A DNA stretch of 64,000 nucleotides from Deltaproteobacteria bacterium TL4 (GTDB lineage: Bacteria > SAR324 > NAC60-12). Below are positions 59,712 to 64,000 of this stretch, piece after piece. The notes below the pieces were generated by a model that saw nothing but the letters and a program-made list of their open reading frames with translations, made no database searches and was not told the origin of the DNA. How positions within the stretch are numbered: position 1 is the first letter of the stretch; each line of letters opens with the position of its first letter. A program made the position numbers and the translations under genes. The stretch is taken from NCBI GenBank assembly GCA_051382335.1, contig JBBCAX010000121.1, positions 20,683 through 84,682 on the forward strand, read 5' to 3'.

Positions 59712-61313
59712 TCACTCCTCCTTAAGCAGAGGGATGTATTGATATTGATATTCAAAAGGTGAGGGATGTAAGGTACATTGAATCCGCTGGTTAGAGGCCA
59801 AATGTTCAAGAAGATAAAATAAGGTTTCCACCTGTTTTTCAGCGTTTAAGCCTTGGGCCAATTGTTCTAAAGTCAAGGGTTTAGATTGGTTTTCACTCAG
59901 ATACTTCAGGAGTTTCAATTGCAGCGCAATGACTTGACCTGCCGCTTTTTTGCCGGCTTCCACACCCGGTTGATGATAGGCATTAATTCCTTTCATAAAA
60001 GCATAATATCCCACGGCCCGTTCAAATAACGCAATTAGTGCACCTACCGATTGAGCGGTTACGCGCTCAAGAGTGAGTGTGATGGATTCCCGTTGATTTT
60101 CATACAAGGCATCCCGGGTTCCTAAAAGGAAGCCATGTAAATAATCACCAGCGGTAATCCCGGGCTCGACTTCCAGAGGTTCACCCGATTGATCTTTTAA
60201 CACTTTAATAAAGGTCGCAAAGAAGTTTGCAGGCCCCTCACGTAGTTGTTGAACATAGGCATGCTGGTCGGTTGTTCCTTTATTTCCATAAACCACAATC
60301 CCTTCATGAACCGTTTTGCCTGCCAAATTTTTTTCTTTTCCAATGGATTCCATAATGAGCTGCTGCAAATACCGGCTAAATAACTCCAGGCGATCTTTAT
60401 ACGGTAAAATAACCATATCCTTGGGGTCAGAACCTTCAGACGCATGTTTCCACATTAGCGCAAGGAGTGCGGCAGGATTCCGATGTACTTCTGAAATCCG
60501 CGTTTGCTCGTCCATCGCCTGAGCTCCATCCAAAAATGCCTGGATATCGACACCTTGAAGTGCTGCCGGAACCAAACCGACCGCCGAGGTTTCCGAGGTT
60601 CGGCCTCCAACCCAATCCCACATAGGAAAAAATTGTACCCATTTTTCCTGGATTGCAAGTTTCTCCAACTGACTGCCTTTAGCGGTAATCGCAATAGCGT
60701 GTTTCGCGAAATTGAGATTTTTTTTAGCATACATTTTTCGTGCTTCCAGCATTCCATTCTTTGTTTCTACAGTGCTGCCTGTTTTGGAAATAACAATCGT
60801 GAGGGTTTGTCCCAGTTGAGCACCAAGCTGAGTCAGTATTTGAATTGTTCCATCAGGATCGGTGTTATCAATAAAATGTAACTGCATAGGATCGGAATGA
60901 TGTTTTAAAGCACGGTATACAAATTGTGGCCCCAAAACGGAACCTCCAATACCAATAATCAACACTTGTTTAAAAAGGTTGCCCTGCTCAGTGAGAATAC
61001 GCCCCTGGTGGATTGCATGCGCAAACTTGACTACGTTTTTTTGCGCTTGCAGGATTTCTTCAGTAATTGCAATATTGGGCGCGAGTTTAGGCGCACGTAG
61101 CCAGTAGTGTCCGACCATGCGATTTTCGTCAGGATTGGCAATCGCGCCTTTTTCCAAGGCCTGCATTTCTGCGAAGGCTTGTTGCATTTGAGGTGAGGCT
61201 TCTTCGAAGAAGGTTTCGGAGAAATTCATCCGGGAAATATCTAGAGACATTTGTAGTTCTGGAAAAGTTTGGTAATAGGTTTGAAAACGTTTCCAAGTGT
61301 CATTGGCTGTCAT
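59712..61313 (-). CDS. pgi: glucose-6-phosphate isomerase
   Basis: NPDENRMVGHYWLR, GIGGS, SKTGSTVET, WVGGRTS, QQLIMESIGK, GTTDQHAY, HQPGVEAGK. Confidence 0.96.
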   Translation of the reverse strand: MTANDTWKRFQTYYQTFPELQMSLDISRMNFSETFFEEASPQMQQAFAEMQALEKGAIANPDENRMVGHYWLRAPKLAPNIAITEEILQAQKNVVKFAHAIHQGRILTEQGNLFKQVLIIGIGGSVLGPQFVYRALKHHSDPMQLHFIDNTDPDGTIQILTQLGAQLGQTLTIVISKTGSTVETKNGMLEARKMYAKKNLNFAKHAIAITAKGSQLEKLAIQEKWVQFFPMWDWVGGRTSETSAVGLVPAALQGVDIQAFLDGAQAMDEQTRISEVHRNPAALLALMWKHASEGSDPKDMVILPYKDRLELFSRYLQQLIMESIGKEKNLAGKTVHEGIVVYGNKGTTDQHAYVQQLREGPANFFATFIKVLKDQSGEPLEVEPGITAGDYLHGFLLGTRDALYENQRESITLTLERVTAQSVGALIALFERAVGYYAFMKGINAYHQPGVEAGKKAAGQVIALQLKLLKYLSENQSKPLTLEQLAQGLNAEKQVETLFYLLEHLASNQRIQCTLHPSPFEYQYQYIPLLKEE

Positions 61314-61434
61314 ATAAACTCCTGTTTTGATTAAAAATGTGATAATTGGTGATACGACGCTCTACGGACAAGAGAACTCTTGATCGTTTTGATTGCCCCA
61401 AAGGTTCCGATGCACAAAGGTTACGTTTATGAGT

Positions 61435-61546
61435 CATAGACGTTCCTTTAAATCAAGTTACGGTAACTCTGGTCCTTTATTTCCAGGGACGCAACCTGAG
61501 GCTAGCCTATTCTTCCATTGTGCGATTATTTAAATGAACCTCTATG
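61435..61546. mobile_element. MITE family B, second member with different interior
   Basis: TIR CATAGACGTTCCTTTAAAT / ATTTAAATGAACCTCTATG, matching the ends of 19383-19578. Confidence 0.7.
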
Positions 61547-61859
61547 GCTTGAATTCATTTCTTTGCGTAAGTCCTGGTTTTGTAGTAACGGTTTATTTCC
61601 AAGTTTTCAAGATGTTTCAACGTAGACCTTCAAAAGTGAGAGGTGAATGAGACAGAGCCTCAGAAAAACGATCAATTTTCTTTTCTGATTACACTATTTT
61701 GAGGGATATCCCTTAATTTTTCTTGCGGTTTGTCTGTTTCTGGATACAGGATAAGATTCTTGTTTGGTTTGGCTTTCATGATACTACAGAAAAGTGCATG
61801 AATCAAAAAGCGGCTTAGGAACGGGTAAAAAATAAAGGTATCCTCTCCAAATCTCAGGG

Positions 61860-62010
61860 GTGGTGCGCTCGCTTCGCTTAAGCGATACCCTACCTTGAGT
61901 GGTGCGCTCGCTTCGCTTAAGCGATACCCTACCTTGAGTGGTGCGCTCGCTTCGCTTAAGTGGCACCCTACCTTAAGTGGTGCGCTCGCTTCGCTTAAGT
62001 GACACCCTGC
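61860..62010 (-). repeat. tandem array of four 39-bp GTAG-REP-like units
   Basis: Unit GTGGTGCGCTCGCTTCGCTTAAGCGATACCCTACCTTGA starting at 61860, 61899, 61938 and 61977; minus strand reads GTAGGGT...GCGAAGCGAGCGCACC. Confidence 0.9.
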
Positions 62011-62180
62011 CAGGGTTCCCGCAAACCCGCTAAAATCCAGCGTTTATTTAGGAAAGATGTCTATCATAAACCCTTCCGTAAAAAGCCGCGTCTCAGAGTC
62101 ATTTAAGCAGGGAACAGGGAGGGGTGGATTCGGAGTTCATCGCACTCAACGCCTTAATCCACCACAGCTTCGAAGGTGGT

Positions 62181-63719
62181 CTATTTTCCTTTGCGGTATA
62201 AGAAGCGAAAAGCCGTAAGGAACGTTCGATAAACAGCCTTACTTTCGGGAAACCACCACAGGTTAGCCTTAAGTTGAGGTGTCAGATCATAGGTGATGAC
62301 TTTGGGATGTGTCATTTCTTCAAGTCCCAGATGCGAATGGGTGACCCCTAACCCGCTATTTTTTCGTCCTGACCAGGGAAGTTCAGCCATGCCGGCTGTG
62401 ATCATGTGATCATTGATGGTAACGGAGCCTGTCTGGAGTTCAGACGCCATTTTTCTGGCATTATCGGTATCCATGGACCAAATACTCGCGGTCAAACCAA
62501 GATCCGAATCATTAGCGAGCGCGAGAGCTTCCTGTTCATCTTTAAACGTCATGATCCCGACTACGGGGCCGAAGGTTTCCTCTTTCATATACACCATATC
62601 ATGAGTCATCCCCGTGAGTACGGTTGCGGGATAGAAGTTCATGCCGCCATCGTCTCTCAGAGGTGCCTGAGCCGCGATTTTTGCCCCTTTTTTCAGGGCA
62701 TCTTCAACATGCCGCTTAACGGTTTCAACCTGACGACTGACTGTCATGGAACCGACATCCGTATCAAATTTTCCGCGATCAATTCCCTGACGAAGCTTTG
62801 ATACGTTTTCTTTCATGAGGCCAATAAATTCCGCGGCAACCTTTTCATGAACATAAATCCGTTCCACTCCGCTGCAGGTTTGTCCACTATTGAAGAAACC
62901 GGCCCAAGTCGCTCCGTTTGCGGCTCGTTTCAGATTAGCGTCCGCCATCACAATCATCGCGTCATTCCCCCCCAGTTCCATGGAAACGGGGGTGAGCGTT
63001 TCTGCGGCTTGCCTCATTAAAAGCTTTCCAACCCGGACGCTCCCTGTAAAAAAGATTTTATCGATTCCATTCTCAAACCAGGCTGTCGAAATACTGGAAG
63101 GGATCCCCACCATAAATTGAGTTAACCCTTCAGGCAACTTGGCACAGTTTAACGCTTTTTCCATTTCAACCCCAACCATTGCCGTCTCTTCCGCGACTTT
63201 GAACAAAATCGCGTTACCTGCGGCCAAACCCATGATGATTTCGTTCATCGCCAGCAAAAAGGGATAATTCCAGGGAGTCAAAATACCAACAACCCCAAGG
63301 GGTTCTCTTTGAAGATAACTTCGTTTATTCGCAAGTAACAGCGTGGCCACAGGAATGGTTTGAGTCTTCAAATATTTCTGCGCGTTATTCAAATACCAGT
63401 CGGCCGCTGAAATACTGAACAAAACCTCAACCATTGCGGCCGATTGTGTTTTGCCTGTGCTTTTCGCGATGACAGCGGCAATTGATTCTGAGTTTTTGTT
63501 CATATAATCCCGTATTTTTATCAAATAGGGACGTCGTTGATCAAAGCCATAGGCGGCCCATTCCTTTTGTGCGACTCTGGCTTTTTGCATGACTTGAGGC
63601 ATATTCTGAAGCGGAAGGCAGGGAACCGTTCCTATGGATTCTCCTGTCGCGGGATTGGTACATTTAATGAATTTGGGATAACTGATCGAAGTTTTGGAAG
63701 ACTTAGGTGCTGTCGTCAT
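62181..63719 (-). CDS. aldehyde dehydrogenase family protein
   Basis: PWNYPF, FTGS, MELGG, NSGQTC, EETFGP, PWSG.K.SG.G; AGGAGG RBS; C-terminal WWFP extension. Confidence 0.93.
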   Translation of the reverse strand: MTTAPKSSKTSISYPKFIKCTNPATGESIGTVPCLPLQNMPQVMQKARVAQKEWAAYGFDQRRPYLIKIRDYMNKNSESIAAVIAKSTGKTQSAAMVEVLFSISAADWYLNNAQKYLKTQTIPVATLLLANKRSYLQREPLGVVGILTPWNYPFLLAMNEIIMGLAAGNAILFKVAEETAMVGVEMEKALNCAKLPEGLTQFMVGIPSSISTAWFENGIDKIFFTGSVRVGKLLMRQAAETLTPVSMELGGNDAMIVMADANLKRAANGATWAGFFNSGQTCSGVERIYVHEKVAAEFIGLMKENVSKLRQGIDRGKFDTDVGSMTVSRQVETVKRHVEDALKKGAKIAAQAPLRDDGGMNFYPATVLTGMTHDMVYMKEETFGPVVGIMTFKDEQEALALANDSDLGLTASIWSMDTDNARKMASELQTGSVTINDHMITAGMAELPWSGRKNSGLGVTHSHLGLEEMTHPKVITYDLTPQLKANLWWFPESKAVYRTFLTAFRFLYRKGK

Positions 63720-63864
63720 TGTTCCTCCTTGACGTTAAGGCAAAGGGCCTGAGCGAATCAGCCTGTTTGCAAACACACAAACGGCTGACATTTCTCGATG
63801 GATATACTTTATTTTAAGCTGTTGTAAGGACTCTTAAGAAGATATTCAAGGCATACTTAACTTA

Positions 63865-64000
63865 CTGGACTTTGAACATTTGATTCATGGTTTTAGTTTT
63901 AATTATTCAATAATATCAGTGGTTTTATTTTATGAATGAATTAATGCAAGGTTATTATTTCCCGTTTTTCAGGCCAAACCTATCATTAATTCTAATACGA
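63865..64000 (-). mobile_element. MITE family F second copy, cut by the window end
   Basis: Reverse complement of 49787-49922 over 136 bp with no differences seen. Confidence 0.92.

Noticed and set aside
61784..61966. 60-aa ORF with SLKRSERTTQGRV repeats
   Set aside because: Translation of the 39-bp DNA repeat array.
61860..62010. CRISPR array
   Set aside because: Contiguous 39-bp units without unique spacers; no cas genes in the window.
62120..62165. attC-like site
   Set aside because: GGTGGATT...AATCCACC hairpin lacks RYYYAAC/GTTRRRY boxes and there is no integrase; more likely a REP-like or terminator hairpin.
2397..63752. Numerous 60-170 aa ORFs nested in or antisense to long genes
   Set aside because: Shadow ORFs overlapping well-supported CDS, with no motifs or RBS.

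Overview
Bacterial chromosomal window of moderate GC with about 45 credible CDS, mostly unlinked housekeeping and accessory genes: Hsp20, Fur-like regulator, CoA-disulfide reductase, FadL, atypical Hsp70, bioA, PMCA-type Ca-ATPase, corA, GluR0-like channel, leuA, pseudopilin, hybrid kinase, two STAS proteins, ITPase, ispH, HPF, AsmA/YhdP-like protein, CheX-like protein, yhaO/yhaN, CBS plus HDAC, pgi and ALDH. No rRNA, tRNA, CRISPR or intact transposase was seen. Main points: (1) a sphingosine-1-phosphate-lyase-like gene tightly coupled to an FGGY kinase, a possible undescribed bacterial sphingoid/amino-polyol kinase-lyase pathway; (2) at least six families of non-autonomous MITE-like elements with readable TIRs, four families with clear TSDs, several carrying REP-like palindrome doublets as cargo, one splitting a gene that can be rebuilt in frame and one replacing the 3' end of the Fur-like gene; (3) a clear leucine leader-peptide attenuator before leuA; (4) a probable group II intron domain I remnant; (5) a MITE-flanked cluster of split transketolase, epimerase-GT2 fusion, methyltransferase and GT-C-like genes for an unusual lipid-linked sugar. 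All calls come from motif recognition by eye; no database searches were run. Gene style is compatible with a deltaproteobacteria-like lineage such as SAR324, but that is weak inference.
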